A DNA stretch of 60,168 nt, filler included, from Chloroflexota bacterium (GTDB lineage Bacteria > Chloroflexota > Chloroflexia > QHBQ01), in the NCBI GenBank assembly GCA_043754535.1. It is 3 parts of 3 records of this genome, joined end to end, with 100 filler letters (N's around TTAATTAATTAA, not from the genome) between each part and the next. Parts side by side here need not be neighbours in the genome. Positions count along the whole stretch, not along the records: positions 34,784 to 60,168 come from JAYUUN010000118.1; 2 more parts are not named here. One strand, 5' to 3'. The number at the start of each line of letters is the position of its first letter. Position 1 is the stretch's first letter. The notes below the pieces were generated by a model. The model was given only the letters and a program-made list of their open reading frames with translations, had not been told where the DNA came from and did not search any database. Of the stretch, positions 47,911-59,916 are shown in pieces. The position numbers were made by a program, and so were the translations under genes.

Positions 47911-50400
47911 ATGGCTGAGCCACAACCGCCAACAAACCAGCCAACAACCCCTTCGGCGCAAGCCCGCCTGCTGCCCCGCAACTGGTGGATAGCTGGTTTG
48001 TTGCTGGCTGGGCTGGTTGGGGGACTGGGCTGGTGGTATCTTCAGCCTCCTGCACCAGTTGCGCTACCCCAGGTGCGAGCGACAGCGGTAGCTAGCTCGG
48101 TGGCGGCTGGCTCGACGAGGCCAACGCAGGCTGTCCTTGCCAACCTGCCAACTGCCGCCGCGACGGTGGCTGCCTTTGAGGCCCAGTACCGCTACGCTAG
48201 CCGCCCCGACCGCGACCCAGAGCTTGCGGCTGGTGAGGCCGAAGATCAGCAGCTCAACCTGATCTACTATAATCAGCAGCTGGCTGGTCGCTGGGAGCAG
48301 GCCAGTGTTGCCTACCGGGCGATCCTCGACGGTGGTGGGTCGCAGGGCGCGAAACGCGAGGCTCTCTGGCGGCTGGGCCAGTGCAATCTAGCGGGCCAGA
48401 GTTACGCCCGCGCTATCGCCCTCTACCAGCAGTTCCAGGATGTCTACCCCGCCGATGAGCGCAGCGCACGGCTAGACTACCTGATTGCCGATGCCTACAA
48501 CTATCTGGCTGACTACCCCCACGCCGTTGAATACTACACCCGCTATCTGGATGGCAGTGGCCCGCTCTACAGCTTCACCCTCTTGCGGATCGCCGAGGCT
48601 AGCCTGGCTGCTGGCAACTTGCCCGCCGCTGCCGACCGCTATGCCCAGGCAGCAAGCCGCCCGCAGAGCAGCCTGGCTGAGCAGCAGGAAGCCCGCGAAG
48701 GGATGGCGCAGGTGGCAGAGCAGCGGCGCGACTACAGCAGCGCGGTTGCCACTTACCAGCAGTTGATCGGTGACACGAATGATAAGACATACCGCGCAGA
48801 GATGGAGTATCGACTGGCGAATGTGCAGAGCGCGGGCGGCGATCCGCTCAACGCAGCCCGCCACTACCTTGTGCTGCTAGCGGAACCAGACTTGCCAATG
48901 GCCTACAGTGCGCTGCAAAAGCTGCTGGCGATTCGGCCCGCCGCGCTAACTGATGGCACCTTGGACTACTATCGGGCGGGACGGGCGGCTTACGCGGGCG
49001 GAGCATGGCAGGCAGCGATCAACAACCTACGAGCCTACCTTGCGCCCGAAGTGGCAGGGCCGGAGCGAGCGAACGCCCTCCTCTACGCGGGCCTCAGCTA
49101 TGAGCGGCTAGGCAATGACGAGCGGGCCGCTGCCAACTACCGCACCCTCCTGGCCGACCACCCCAGTGCGCCCCCTGTCAGTGCAGCCCACACCCGCCTG
49201 GGTCGCATTGCTGAAGCTAAGGGCGACTGCGATAGCGCGATCAACGATTACGCCGCCGCCGCTGGCGACTTGGCCGCCGCTGCTGGCTCGGAGGCTGCCT
49301 TCCACCTGGGTCTCTGCCAGTTCAAGCGGGGAGCTTACGGCCTGGCAGACAAAGCCTGGCAGCCCCTCACTGCTACGCTCGTGCCAACTGACACGCGAGC
49401 CGCTGCCCTCTACTGGCGCGGGCGGGCCGCCGAAGTGCTAGGGCAGGACGGCAGCATCTTCTACGCCCAGGCCGCCAGCCTACCCATCCCCTACTATGCC
49501 GCCCGCGCCACCGCCCAACTGGATCGGATTGCCCCAACGATGCAGCCGGTCTCTGGCGACCTTGCCCGCTTGCAAAGCAATCTCGCCAACGAGCAATCCT
49601 ACCTGGCTACGACGGCCCAATGGCTAACCACAGTGCAGCCGACTGCCACCCTGCACGCTAGTGATCTGCCCGCCTATGCTGAGGACATGGGGGTGCAGAG
49701 GACGGTGCAACTGCTGCGCCTGGGCGAACGCATCTACGCCTACCGCGAGTTGACGCGCAGCACATTGGCCGGGCTGGTAGAGCGTAGGGACTATGCCACC
49801 CTGGCTTCTCTAGCCCTCTACGCCCGCTACCGCGACGAGCCTTACGTGGGGCTGATCGTAGCCAAGCGGCTGGCAGAGATTGCCCCTACCAATGCGCTAC
49901 CCTTGCCCCTCCTGCTTGAGCGCACCCGCTACCCCACCCCCTTCGCCGCTGCGGTGCTGGCCGGGGCCAACGAAGCAGCGGTCGACCCTCTGCTGCTCTA
50001 CGCCGTGATGTGGCAAGAGAGCCGCTTCAATCCATTGGCCCGCAGTGGGGCCGATGCACGGGGGCTGATGCAGGTCGTCCCCAGCACGGCAGCGGAGATC
50101 GCCCGCAATCTTGGCGATGGCGGCTTCAACAGCGGCGACCTCTACCGCCCCCTGGTTGCGGCCCGCTATGGCGCACTCTATCTGGCCGACCGCTTGCGGG
50201 CTGAAGGGGGTAATGTGATCAGGGCTACTGCGGGCTACAATGCGGGTGGCGGCAGCCTGGCCCAGTGGAGCAGCGGTCCAGCGGCGAACGACGTTGACCT
50301 CTTTGCCGAGAACATCAGTTATGCGGAGACGGCTGAGTATGTTAGGATCGTCTACGCCAACTACGTAGCTTATCGGCGTATCTACGCGCAAGGAGAGTGA
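47911..50400 (+). CDS. Membrane-anchored TPR-containing lytic transglycosylase (SLT)
   Basis: N-terminal TM, TPRs, WQESRF, GLMQ, AGYNAG, ETAEY; ATG at 47911. Confidence 0.9.
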   Translation: MAEPQPPTNQPTTPSAQARLLPRNWWIAGLLLAGLVGGLGWWYLQPPAPVALPQVRATAVASSVAAGSTRPTQAVLANLPTAAATVAAFEAQYRYASRPDRDPELAAGEAEDQQLNLIYYNQQLAGRWEQASVAYRAILDGGGSQGAKREALWRLGQCNLAGQSYARAIALYQQFQDVYPADERSARLDYLIADAYNYLADYPHAVEYYTRYLDGSGPLYSFTLLRIAEASLAAGNLPAAADRYAQAASRPQSSLAEQQEAREGMAQVAEQRRDYSSAVATYQQLIGDTNDKTYRAEMEYRLANVQSAGGDPLNAARHYLVLLAEPDLPMAYSALQKLLAIRPAALTDGTLDYYRAGRAAYAGGAWQAAINNLRAYLAPEVAGPERANALLYAGLSYERLGNDERAAANYRTLLADHPSAPPVSAAHTRLGRIAEAKGDCDSAINDYAAAAGDLAAAAGSEAAFHLGLCQFKRGAYGLADKAWQPLTATLVPTDTRAAALYWRGRAAEVLGQDGSIFYAQAASLPIPYYAARATAQLDRIAPTMQPVSGDLARLQSNLANEQSYLATTAQWLTTVQPTATLHASDLPAYAEDMGVQRTVQLLRLGERIYAYRELTRSTLAGLVERRDYATLASLALYARYRDEPYVGLIVAKRLAEIAPTNALPLPLLLERTRYPTPFAAAVLAGANEAAVDPLLLYAVMWQESRFNPLARSGADARGLMQVVPSTAAEIARNLGDGGFNSGDLYRPLVAARYGALYLADRLRAEGGNVIRATAGYNAGGGSLAQWSSGPAANDVDLFAENISYAETAEYVRIVYANYVAYRRIYAQGE

Positions 50401-51146
50401 GGTTGAACAAGCATGGAGCTGGCAAGCAGTCAGCACCAGACCCACGCCCGCAGGGTGGACACGGCAACCACTGGCAGGCAGTGGCAGGCGCAGCAGATCG
50501 CCGCGAGTTTGGCGAGCGCGCCCTGGCCGAGGTGCTGCTGGGTAGCGGAGACCCACTAGTGCGCGGCAATGTCGCTTTGTACACCACATCGCCCCGTCCA
50601 CTGGCGGCTATCGGCCTGGTGCAGGGCGGCACCCTGCTCTCTGGCTACCCGGCAGCAGTGGGCGGCCACAGCTACTGCGTTAACCTGCACGAGGTGCAGG
50701 AGTGGCGCAATGGCTATGAGGCGGTGCTGATCGGCAGCCTCAATGGGGCGTTGGTCTCCTTCTTCGACACCCACTACGCGGTCAACAAGGATCGCTATAC
50801 CGTTGGCGCAGAGTACGACTTCTACCTCAATGCTATCGCCTACATGGTAGATCGGCCTGAGGATGAGCCGTTCACCGCTGCGGAAGGATTCGCCGCCGCA
50901 CTGCCATTCTCCCTGCTCGATGCTGGCGGCGAGGCAGACGACTGGCAACTGCTCAGCTACCCACTGGCCGTAACCCCAGTCAGCTATTATGGGGCTGGCC
51001 TCTGGCAGATCGAAACCATCCTCTACAAACCAGCACTTGAGGTGGCGATCTACCTTTACGCCAACGACGAGATCATGGATCACCAGCCGATGGTGGGCGA
51101 GCCTATTGTCGCCAACCTCTGGCTGCAAGGCTACTTGAAGGAGTGA
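50397..51146 (+). CDS. Hypothetical protein
   Basis: Overlaps the SLT stop (GTGA); protein-like composition. Confidence 0.7.
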   Translation: MRLNKHGAGKQSAPDPRPQGGHGNHWQAVAGAADRREFGERALAEVLLGSGDPLVRGNVALYTTSPRPLAAIGLVQGGTLLSGYPAAVGGHSYCVNLHEVQEWRNGYEAVLIGSLNGALVSFFDTHYAVNKDRYTVGAEYDFYLNAIAYMVDRPEDEPFTAAEGFAAALPFSLLDAGGEADDWQLLSYPLAVTPVSYYGAGLWQIETILYKPALEVAIYLYANDEIMDHQPMVGEPIVANLWLQGYLKE

Positions 51147-51150
51147 ACGC

Positions 51151-51591
51151 GTGCCAATCTACGAATACCACTGCAATAGCTGTCAGCGCAGGGTGAGCAT
51201 TCTCTACCGCACGTTCGAGGCGGCGGCGAGGGGTGGCAAGCCCTGTCCACGCTGTGGCAGCCCCGACCTTGCCCGCCTGCTCTCCCGCGTGCGGGTGCTG
51301 CGGGGCGGCTCGGCTAAGTCCACCTCTGGAGCGGACGATGAGATGGACAGCATGGGTGGGATGGAGGGGATGGGCGACCTTGATGGGATGATGGCTGGCA
51401 TGGATGAGGGCGACCCACGCAGCATGGCCCGGCTTGCCCGCCGCCTGCAAGCAGAAAGTGGGGAGGAGCTTGAGCCAGAGATGGACACCGCCCTCAGTCG
51501 CATCGAGCGCGGTGAAGACCCAGAGCGGGTGATGGCCGACTTCGACCCCGGTGACTTCGGCGAAGCCAGCGAAGCCGAGGACTTCGGCTAG
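51151..51591 (+). CDS. FmdB family zinc-ribbon protein
   Basis: MPIYEYHC..C...CP.CGS. Confidence 0.9.
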   Translation: MPIYEYHCNSCQRRVSILYRTFEAAARGGKPCPRCGSPDLARLLSRVRVLRGGSAKSTSGADDEMDSMGGMEGMGDLDGMMAGMDEGDPRSMARLARRLQAESGEELEPEMDTALSRIERGEDPERVMADFDPGDFGEASEAEDFG

Positions 51592-52047
51592 TTACTGGAT
51601 CGAGAGGACAACAGGTGCATTGCTCCACAGCCGCTCCAGGCGGTAGTAAGCGCGTTCCTGGGGGCCGAAGATGTGAACGATCACGTCGCCGTAGTCGAGT
51701 AGCACCCAGCCGCTATCCTGCTTGCCCTCGTTGTGGCGAAGCCGCACCCCACGATTGCCCATCTGCTCATCCACCTCACGGTAGAGGGCGCGAATCTGAC
51801 GCTCGCTGTTGCCAGTGGCGATGATGAAGTAGTCGGCGATCACCGACACGCTGCGGATGTCGAGCATGATCACGTCCTCGGCCTTCTTGTCGGAAAGGAC
51901 GCGGGCGATCTCGCGCCCGACTGCCCCAGGATCAGCTAGCGGTTCGCGTTCGTCCTCTGCGCTTGACCCCTGCTCATCCTGCTCGTCCAGCTCTTCCGGC
52001 TCATCCTGCTCAAGTTCTTCCAGTTCTGTGTTCTCGTTGTTATTCAA
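51592..52047 (-). CDS. rsfS: Ribosome silencing factor
   Basis: DKKAEDV, ADYFIIATG.S.RQ, WVLLDYGDVIVHIF...R.YY.LE.LW. Confidence 0.96.
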   Translation of the reverse strand: MNNNENTELEELEQDEPEELDEQDEQGSSAEDEREPLADPGAVGREIARVLSDKKAEDVIMLDIRSVSVIADYFIIATGNSERQIRALYREVDEQMGNRGVRLRHNEGKQDSGWVLLDYGDVIVHIFGPQERAYYRLERLWSNAPVVLSIQ

Positions 52048-52215
52048 CCTATCCTCACTTTATCTGCAAAACGAATTCAGCTAATTATACCCGCCCTGCC
52101 AGGCGGATGCAATGTTATAGGCTGCCAGTTAGTTGTTCAGGGCTATGGTGGGTAGCTTGGCAGCTTGTAGCCGCAGCGGTGAGCGGCCACCAGCACAAGC
52201 TGCGACTTTGGACGG

Positions 52216-52244
52216 TTGCAGCCCCGCCCACGATTGTGTATACT
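52216..52244 (+). promoter_or_regulatory. Promoter of the pheST leader
   Basis: TTGCAG-N17-TATACT. Confidence 0.6.
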
Positions 52245-52255
52245 TGCAGCAAGAT

Positions 52256-52545
52256 GTAAAGGCGACGACGGAGAGAGTAAGCGACGCAGACCTGCGACAG
52301 AGAGGGCGGCCCCGACTGAGAGCCACCCGCAGCGCACGCCGCCGAAGTTCACTCCTGAGCCGGATGGTGAACTCTACCCCTCTGCCCCCCATTTGGTGGC
52401 TGGCGGGGGTAAGTAGAAGCTAGTCATCCCCGGCCAGCCCCCCGTTACTGGGCCAATGAAGGGTCGCGCTGTTGCGTGGCCGAAGCATGGGTGGTACCAC
52501 GATGCCCCTCGTCCCTGCACATTGGACGAGGGGCGTTTCTATTTT
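52256..52545 (+). ncRNA. T-box riboswitch (Phe)
   Basis: AGTA box, AGAGA and CTGAGA loops, specifier TTC at 52348-52350, T-box GGGTGGTACCACG (52489-52501), terminator GCCCCTCGTCC/GGACGAGGGGC plus T tract. Confidence 0.92.
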
Positions 52546-52616
52546 CCAGCTTTGCAGCGTGGTGGGAGCAGGACAGCCGCTCTGACACGTGGTGCTTCGA
52601 CCTTGAGGAGAGTGCG

Positions 52617-53621
52617 ATGAACGAAGAACTGACTATCTTGCAAGATACCGCCCTGACCGCCCTCGCCAGCGCAACTGATCCTGGCGCGTTGGCTGCCTGG
52701 AAGGGGCAATACCTGGGCGACAAAGGTGCCGTGCGCGGCCTGTTCGGCAACATCCGCAACGTGCCAGCCGAGCAGAAGGGCGCGCATGGGCAAGCGATCA
52801 ACCTGCTGAAGACGACATTGGAGGCCGCCTTCAGCGCACGCGAACAGGCGGTCAAGCTGGCCGCCCGCAATGCTGCCCTGGCCGACGAGACGGTGGATGT
52901 CAGCCTGCCCGGTCGCTTGCCCAGCCTCAGCTACTCCCACATCATAAGCCAGACGATCCGCGAAGTAACCGAGGCTTTTGTGCAGATGGGCTTCCAGATT
53001 TATGAGGGGCCACAGGTGGAGTGGGATTTGTACAACTTCGAGAAGCTGAATATTCCACCCGAACACCCGGCCCGCAGTATGCAGGATACTTTCTACATCA
53101 CCGAGAAGATGTTGCTCCGCACCCACACCTCGCCTAATCAGATTCGGGTGATGGAGCAGAACGCGCCACCGATTCGGGTGGTCGTTCCTGGTCGGGTCTA
53201 CCGAGCCGAGCGCACCGACGCTACCCACGAGTTCTACATCTACCAGATGGAGGCTCTAGTGGTTGGTGAACACGTAACTATGGCCGACCTGAAGGGAACG
53301 CTGGCCGCCTTTGCCCGCCTGGTCTTTGCCCCAGACGCTGAGGTGAAGTTCGTCTGCAACTACTTCAGCTACGTAGAACCTGGCGCGCAGGTGGTAGTTA
53401 ACTATACTACCCCCAGCGGCAAGAAGACTGGCTGGCTGGAACTACTGGGCGGCGGCATGGTTCATCCTGATGTGCTACGCAATGGTGGCATTGACCCCGA
53501 CAAGTACACTGGCTTCGCCTTCGGCATGGGCATCGAGCGGGTCGCTATGCTCAAGTACGACCTGGAAGACATCCGCCACATCTACGCCAATGACCTCCGC
53601 TTCCTGGAGCAGTTCGGTTGA
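52617..53621 (+). CDS. pheS: Phenylalanine--tRNA ligase alpha subunit
   Basis: HPARSMQDTFY, LLRTHTS, PGRVYR, GFAFGMGIER; ATG after GAGGAG. Confidence 0.97.
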   Translation: MNEELTILQDTALTALASATDPGALAAWKGQYLGDKGAVRGLFGNIRNVPAEQKGAHGQAINLLKTTLEAAFSAREQAVKLAARNAALADETVDVSLPGRLPSLSYSHIISQTIREVTEAFVQMGFQIYEGPQVEWDLYNFEKLNIPPEHPARSMQDTFYITEKMLLRTHTSPNQIRVMEQNAPPIRVVVPGRVYRAERTDATHEFYIYQMEALVVGEHVTMADLKGTLAAFARLVFAPDAEVKFVCNYFSYVEPGAQVVVNYTTPSGKKTGWLELLGGGMVHPDVLRNGGIDPDKYTGFAFGMGIERVAMLKYDLEDIRHIYANDLRFLEQFG

Positions 53622-53716
53622 TTGCTAAAACCAGCGGACTGGCACAACGGCTAGAATGGCGGCGGTGCGTAGTTGGGCGGCACCCTTCCAGCATTGATTT
53701 GTAAGGAGAAACGAAC

Positions 53717-56215
53717 GTGGCAACACGCATCCCCCTGAGTTGGCTGCGCGATTATGTAGACATCAAGGTGTCGCCCGCAGAGTTGGCCGAGCGGCTGTTC
53801 CAGGCTGGCCTGGAGGTCGAGGAAATCCACCGCATCCCGGCAGAGTTGGACTGGGCCAAAGTATACGTTGGTCAGGCCGTCCTCGTCGCGCTGCACCCTG
53901 ACGCTGACCGCCTGCGCCTGGTGACGGTCGAGTACGGGGCGGCAGAGCCGATCACCGTGGTCACCGGTGCGCCAAATATTGTGCAGGGGGCGAAGGTGAT
54001 CCTGGCCCTCGCTGGCTCGCGCCTCTACAACGGCCACTCGGACAAGCACGAGATCACCACCCTCAAGCCCACCAAGATGCGCGGCATCGAGTCGGCAGGC
54101 ATGGTCTGCTCTGGGCTAGAGCTAGGCCTCAGCGACGAACATGAAGGCATCGTGATCCTGCCCGACGACGCTCCAGTGGGCAAGCCGCTGCTTGAGTACC
54201 TGGGCGATCATGTGCTGGAACTGGAACTGACCCCCAATCTGGGTCGTGCGCTCAGCGTGATCGGCACCGCCCGCGAAGTGGCCGCCCTGACCTGGGCCGA
54301 GGGGGCGCGGGTCTGCTATCCTGCCGACAATATGACCGCTACAGGTGCGCCCCTGACTGAGCTAACAGTGACGGTGGAGGATGCAGAGCTATGCCCGCGC
54401 TACTCTGGCCTGCTGGTGCGTGGGGTCAAGCTGGGGCCATCGCCCAGTTGGATGCAGCAACGCCTCAGCCTGGCCGGGATGCGCCCGGTCAACAACATCG
54501 TGGACATCACCAACTATGTGATGCTGGAATGGGGGCAGCCGCTGCACGCCTTCGACGTACACAAGGTGGCGGGCGGCAAGATCGTAGTACGCTGCGCCAA
54601 ACCAGGCGAGACGCTGCGGGGCATCAACCACAACCAGTACCAGCTTGACGAAAAGATGTTGCTGATCTGCGACGCGGAGCAGCCGATTGCGGTTGCGGGC
54701 GTGATGGGTGGCCTCAACACCGAGGTGGGCGACGAAGGGACGGCAGACATCTTCATCGAGTCGGCTCACTTCGCTCCCCTCAGCGTGCGGCGCACAGCCC
54801 GGCTGCTAGGTTTGCACACCGATGCTAGCCACCGCTTCGAGCGCACTGTTGACCCCGCTGGTACGCTGCGGGCGGCGCGACGGGCAGCAGCGTTGATGCA
54901 CGAGCTGGCGGGCGGCGAGATTGCGGAGGGCGCAGTGGATGTGTACCCCCAGCCGTTGCCGCTCAAGCAGCTAAGCTTGACTGTGCGCCAAACGGAGCGC
55001 ATCCTCGGCTTGCGCCTGGAGATGGCTGTGATGAGCGAATTGCTCCAACGGCTAGAGTTCGAGGTGGCAGCCGCAGAGGACGGCGCGAGCCTGCTGGTCA
55101 CCGTTCCCAGCTACCGCAACGACGTGAAGATCGAGGAGGACTTGATCGAGGAAGTAGCGAGGATGTATGGCTACGACAACCTGCCGATGACCCTGCTGGC
55201 CGAACCGTTGCCGAAGGAGCGGCGCAATACGGCCTGGGAGTTCGACCTGCGCCTGCGCGAGATCATGGTTGGTCTCGGCCTCAGCGAAGCGGTCAACTAC
55301 TCGCTGATCAGCGGCAAGCTGCACGAGCAGTTGTGGTTGGCACCCGCTACAGCGAGGGCGACTGGCTGGCAGCCCTATGAGCGCAGCCGCGAACCACTGA
55401 AGGTGATCAACCCTCTCAGCAGCGAACGCGAGTACCTGCGGATGAGCCTGCTACCAGGGCTGTTGGAGACGCTCCGCAAGAACTTGAGCAACAGGGAGGC
55501 GGTGGCGATCTTTGAGCTAGCCCACGTCTTCTACAGCAATGGTACGGACCAGCTACCGGACGAGCCGCTGCGCCTGAGCGGGCTGATCAGCGGCCCCCGC
55601 CAACCGCGCAGCTACTACCACCCGAACGGCGCAACGGCAATGGACTTCTTCGACGCGAAAGGCGTGGTTGAGGGGCTGCTGCACCACCTGCACCTGCCCG
55701 ACCTGAGCTACGCCCCGCTAGCGGACGCTAGTGGCCTCCTGCACCCTGGGCGCAGTGCAGCGGTCAGCGTGGGCGGCCAGCAGGTGGGCGTAGTCGCCGA
55801 GTTGCACCCCGACGCAGCGGAAGTGTGGGGCTTGCCCACCCCGCCAGCACGGGTGGTGCTGTTCGACCTGGACGCAACAGCCCTGTTCGCGGCGGTCGGT
55901 AGCGATGTTGCTCGCTACCAGCCAGTATCGCGCTACCCGACGGTGCAGCAAGACCTAGCCCTGGTGGTGGATGAGAGCGTGGCGGCGGGCCGGGTGCAGC
56001 AGTTGATCGCTCAGACTGGCGGCAATCTGGTCAAGGCAGTGACGCTGTTCGACATCTACAGCGGGCCACAAGTGCCAGCGGGCAAAAAGAGCCTCGCCTA
56101 CAGCCTCAGCTTCCAGGCTCTGGATCGGCAGCTAACTGATGATGAAGTGATCAAGGTACGCCAGCGCATTGTGGCGCGGTTGGGCAAGGAAGTGGGGGCG
56201 ACGCTTCGTGGCTAG
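53717..56215 (+). CDS. pheT: Phenylalanine--tRNA ligase beta subunit
   Basis: HPDADRL, MRGIES.GM.CS, NNIVDITNYV, GQPLHAFD, RFER, DLIEEVAR.YGY, GKKSLA. Confidence 0.97.
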   Translation: MATRIPLSWLRDYVDIKVSPAELAERLFQAGLEVEEIHRIPAELDWAKVYVGQAVLVALHPDADRLRLVTVEYGAAEPITVVTGAPNIVQGAKVILALAGSRLYNGHSDKHEITTLKPTKMRGIESAGMVCSGLELGLSDEHEGIVILPDDAPVGKPLLEYLGDHVLELELTPNLGRALSVIGTAREVAALTWAEGARVCYPADNMTATGAPLTELTVTVEDAELCPRYSGLLVRGVKLGPSPSWMQQRLSLAGMRPVNNIVDITNYVMLEWGQPLHAFDVHKVAGGKIVVRCAKPGETLRGINHNQYQLDEKMLLICDAEQPIAVAGVMGGLNTEVGDEGTADIFIESAHFAPLSVRRTARLLGLHTDASHRFERTVDPAGTLRAARRAAALMHELAGGEIAEGAVDVYPQPLPLKQLSLTVRQTERILGLRLEMAVMSELLQRLEFEVAAAEDGASLLVTVPSYRNDVKIEEDLIEEVARMYGYDNLPMTLLAEPLPKERRNTAWEFDLRLREIMVGLGLSEAVNYSLISGKLHEQLWLAPATARATGWQPYERSREPLKVINPLSSEREYLRMSLLPGLLETLRKNLSNREAVAIFELAHVFYSNGTDQLPDEPLRLSGLISGPRQPRSYYHPNGATAMDFFDAKGVVEGLLHHLHLPDLSYAPLADASGLLHPGRSAAVSVGGQQVGVVAELHPDAAEVWGLPTPPARVVLFDLDATALFAAVGSDVARYQPVSRYPTVQQDLALVVDESVAAGRVQQLIAQTGGNLVKAVTLFDIYSGPQVPAGKKSLAYSLSFQALDRQLTDDEVIKVRQRIVARLGKEVGATLRG

Positions 56216-56878
56216 CCCCTTCTACAGCGATGCAGATTGCCCCTTCGACGACAGAGCGAGTATGGAGGAGGTGTTGTTGGAGGATGGCGAGCGGTTCTAC
56301 ATCATCGCCGCCCGCTTTGCCCTCTTCCCCGGCCACCTGCTGATCAACAGCCGTGTCCACCGCTTGACCATTGGCGACCTGCCGCAGGAGGATATGGCCG
56401 AGTTGGAGCGGCTACATCTATTGGCCCGCCGCTTCTTGCTTGACCAGTACGGCAAGGCAACCTTCTGGGAGAACGGCGTGGTACATAAGCACGTGCCGCA
56501 TATGCACCTGCACGGCTGGCCGGTGGTTATGGAGTTGCCGCCTGCCGAGTTGCTGGCCGATAGCACGCAGTTGGCGGGGGTAGCAGACATCTCCGCCTGG
56601 TATGCGGCCAACGGCTTCTACCACTACCTGCAAGGCGACCTGGGTAGCTACATCTTCAAGCCCAGCCACGCGCTCTTTCGCTTTATCGGCCCCTGGCTCA
56701 CCCGGCAGAGCGGCAATCCGCCTGGGGTCGGCGGCGGCATTGTTCGCAGTGGCACGCCGGAGACTACCACCGCCCTGGTCGCGCAGTGGCGAAGCTGGCG
56801 GCGGGCAGCGGAGACCCCCATCTTGCTGCCCCCAGAAGGGGGCGGGGACAGGCGGGATAGCAGCGGCCTAGGGGAAGC

Positions 56879-56882
<4 letters not shown>
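56208..56882 (+). CDS. HIT family protein
   Basis: [21 protein letters not shown] overlaps the pheT end. Confidence 0.8.
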
Positions 56883-58423
<1,541 letters not shown>

Positions 58424-58486
58424 ATTTGCTCCGAGTGGGAAAGTAGTGGTCGCCGAAGGCCATTGTAACACAGTCTGGGGCTAGCC

Positions 58487-58933
58487 TCATCCACCTGTCT
58501 CTAGGGCGCGATCCACCTGGATGAAGGTGGCCGACCCCTTCGCCAGCAGCCTGCCACCCTGGTCGTGGATTGTTGCTTCGCCATAGATCGTGCGGCGTGT
58601 CTTGTGCGTCACCCAGCCGTGTGCCGTTACCGTTTCGCCCAGTGGCAAGGCGCGCAGGTAGTTGAGCTTCAGTTCAAGAGTCATCACGTTGGCCCCACCG
58701 ACTTCTGACCCCGCTACCGCCATGCCAATTGCGCTGTCGATCAGCGAGGCAGCAACCCCGCCATGTGCTACGCCGTGGAACTGGCCCAGCTTCGGCTCAA
58801 CTGTGCATCTGAGGTGGCTACCCTTCGCATCCACTTGCTCAACCACAATGCCTAGTGTCTTATAGTACGGCTGCTGGTTGCCAGTTTCGGTCAGCGTCAG
58901 CCAGAACTGCTCCAACTGCTCCTGCTCGTCCAT
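58487..58933 (-). CDS. PaaI family thioesterase
   Basis: GVAHGG.AASLID, TLELKLNYLR. Confidence 0.92.
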   Translation of the reverse strand: MDEQEQLEQFWLTLTETGNQQPYYKTLGIVVEQVDAKGSHLRCTVEPKLGQFHGVAHGGVAASLIDSAIGMAVAGSEVGGANVMTLELKLNYLRALPLGETVTAHGWVTHKTRRTIYGEATIHDQGGRLLAKGSATFIQVDRALETGG

Positions 58934-59205
58934 AACTGCTAACCCTCCTTGCGCTGCACATCATACATCCGCCTGCGAACCGCCAGCCTGCTACGCACAC
59001 TGTCCAGAGCTACTGCAAAGCCTTCTCGTACGTAGAGGCAAGAGGATGCTTGCCCTGTCGACCTCAGCGCGCCGCCCAAAATAGAATAATTGCACTGGGT
59101 GATTCGCTGATTAGCTGGCGCACCAACAAACCAGCGGCAGTAGGGTTAGCGGCTCGTCAGCAGACCGCTGCGCTGCTGTACTTTGACCGCCCGAACACCC
59201 AGGTG

Positions 59206-59916
59206 CTACTCTCCATCCTCCACATCCACCAGTTTGCGGCGGACGGCATAGAGGGCGGCTTTGGTGCGGTCAGAGAGGTGGAGCTTCTGCAAGATATTGC
59301 TGACGTGCGTCTTGACCGTCTTCTCGCTGAGGACGAGTTCATCGGCAATCTCGCGGTTACTGAGCGCACGGGCGATCAGGCGCAGCACTTCGATCTCGCG
59401 TTCGGTCAGGCTCGGCTCGACATTTGCGCCCGCCTTTGCTGCTGCGCCAGTGGCGGCAGGGCGCGCCTGGGTGGGGCCAAGCTCCTGCATGATCTTGCGG
59501 GCAATGTCGGGGTGCAGCGAAGGTTCGCCGCGATAGACCTTCTCGATACTGTTGACCAGCGCGTTGGGGCTGATGTCCTTCATCAGGTAGCCAGCCGCCC
59601 CCGCCTTGATGCTGGCGAAGACCTTCTCATCTTCGCTGAAGCTGGTGAGGACGATCACCTGGGTGCCAGGCAGGCCCGCCCGTATCTCGCGGGTTGCCTG
59701 CACGCCGTCCACCTGGGGCATAACCAAATCCATCAGCACGACATTCGGGCGTAGGACGAACGCTTTGTCTACCGCATCGGCCCCGTTGACTGCTTCGCCC
59801 ACCACCTCGATGTTCGGCTGAAGCTCTAGGAAGCTCCGCAGACCTTGCCGCACCACGGCGTGGTCGTCCACAATCATCACCCGTATTTTGCCGCCTTTGC
59901 TATTGCTCGTTGCCAC
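59206..59916 (-). CDS. NarL/LuxR family response regulator
   Basis: IVDDHAVVRQG, LMDLVMP, GYLMK, LTEREIEVL...EKTVKTHVSNIL. Confidence 0.96.
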   Translation of the reverse strand: MATSNSKGGKIRVMIVDDHAVVRQGLRSFLELQPNIEVVGEAVNGADAVDKAFVLRPNVVLMDLVMPQVDGVQATREIRAGLPGTQVIVLTSFSEDEKVFASIKAGAAGYLMKDISPNALVNSIEKVYRGEPSLHPDIARKIMQELGPTQARPAATGAAAKAGANVEPSLTEREIEVLRLIARALSNREIADELVLSEKTVKTHVSNILQKLHLSDRTKAALYAVRRKLVDVEDGE

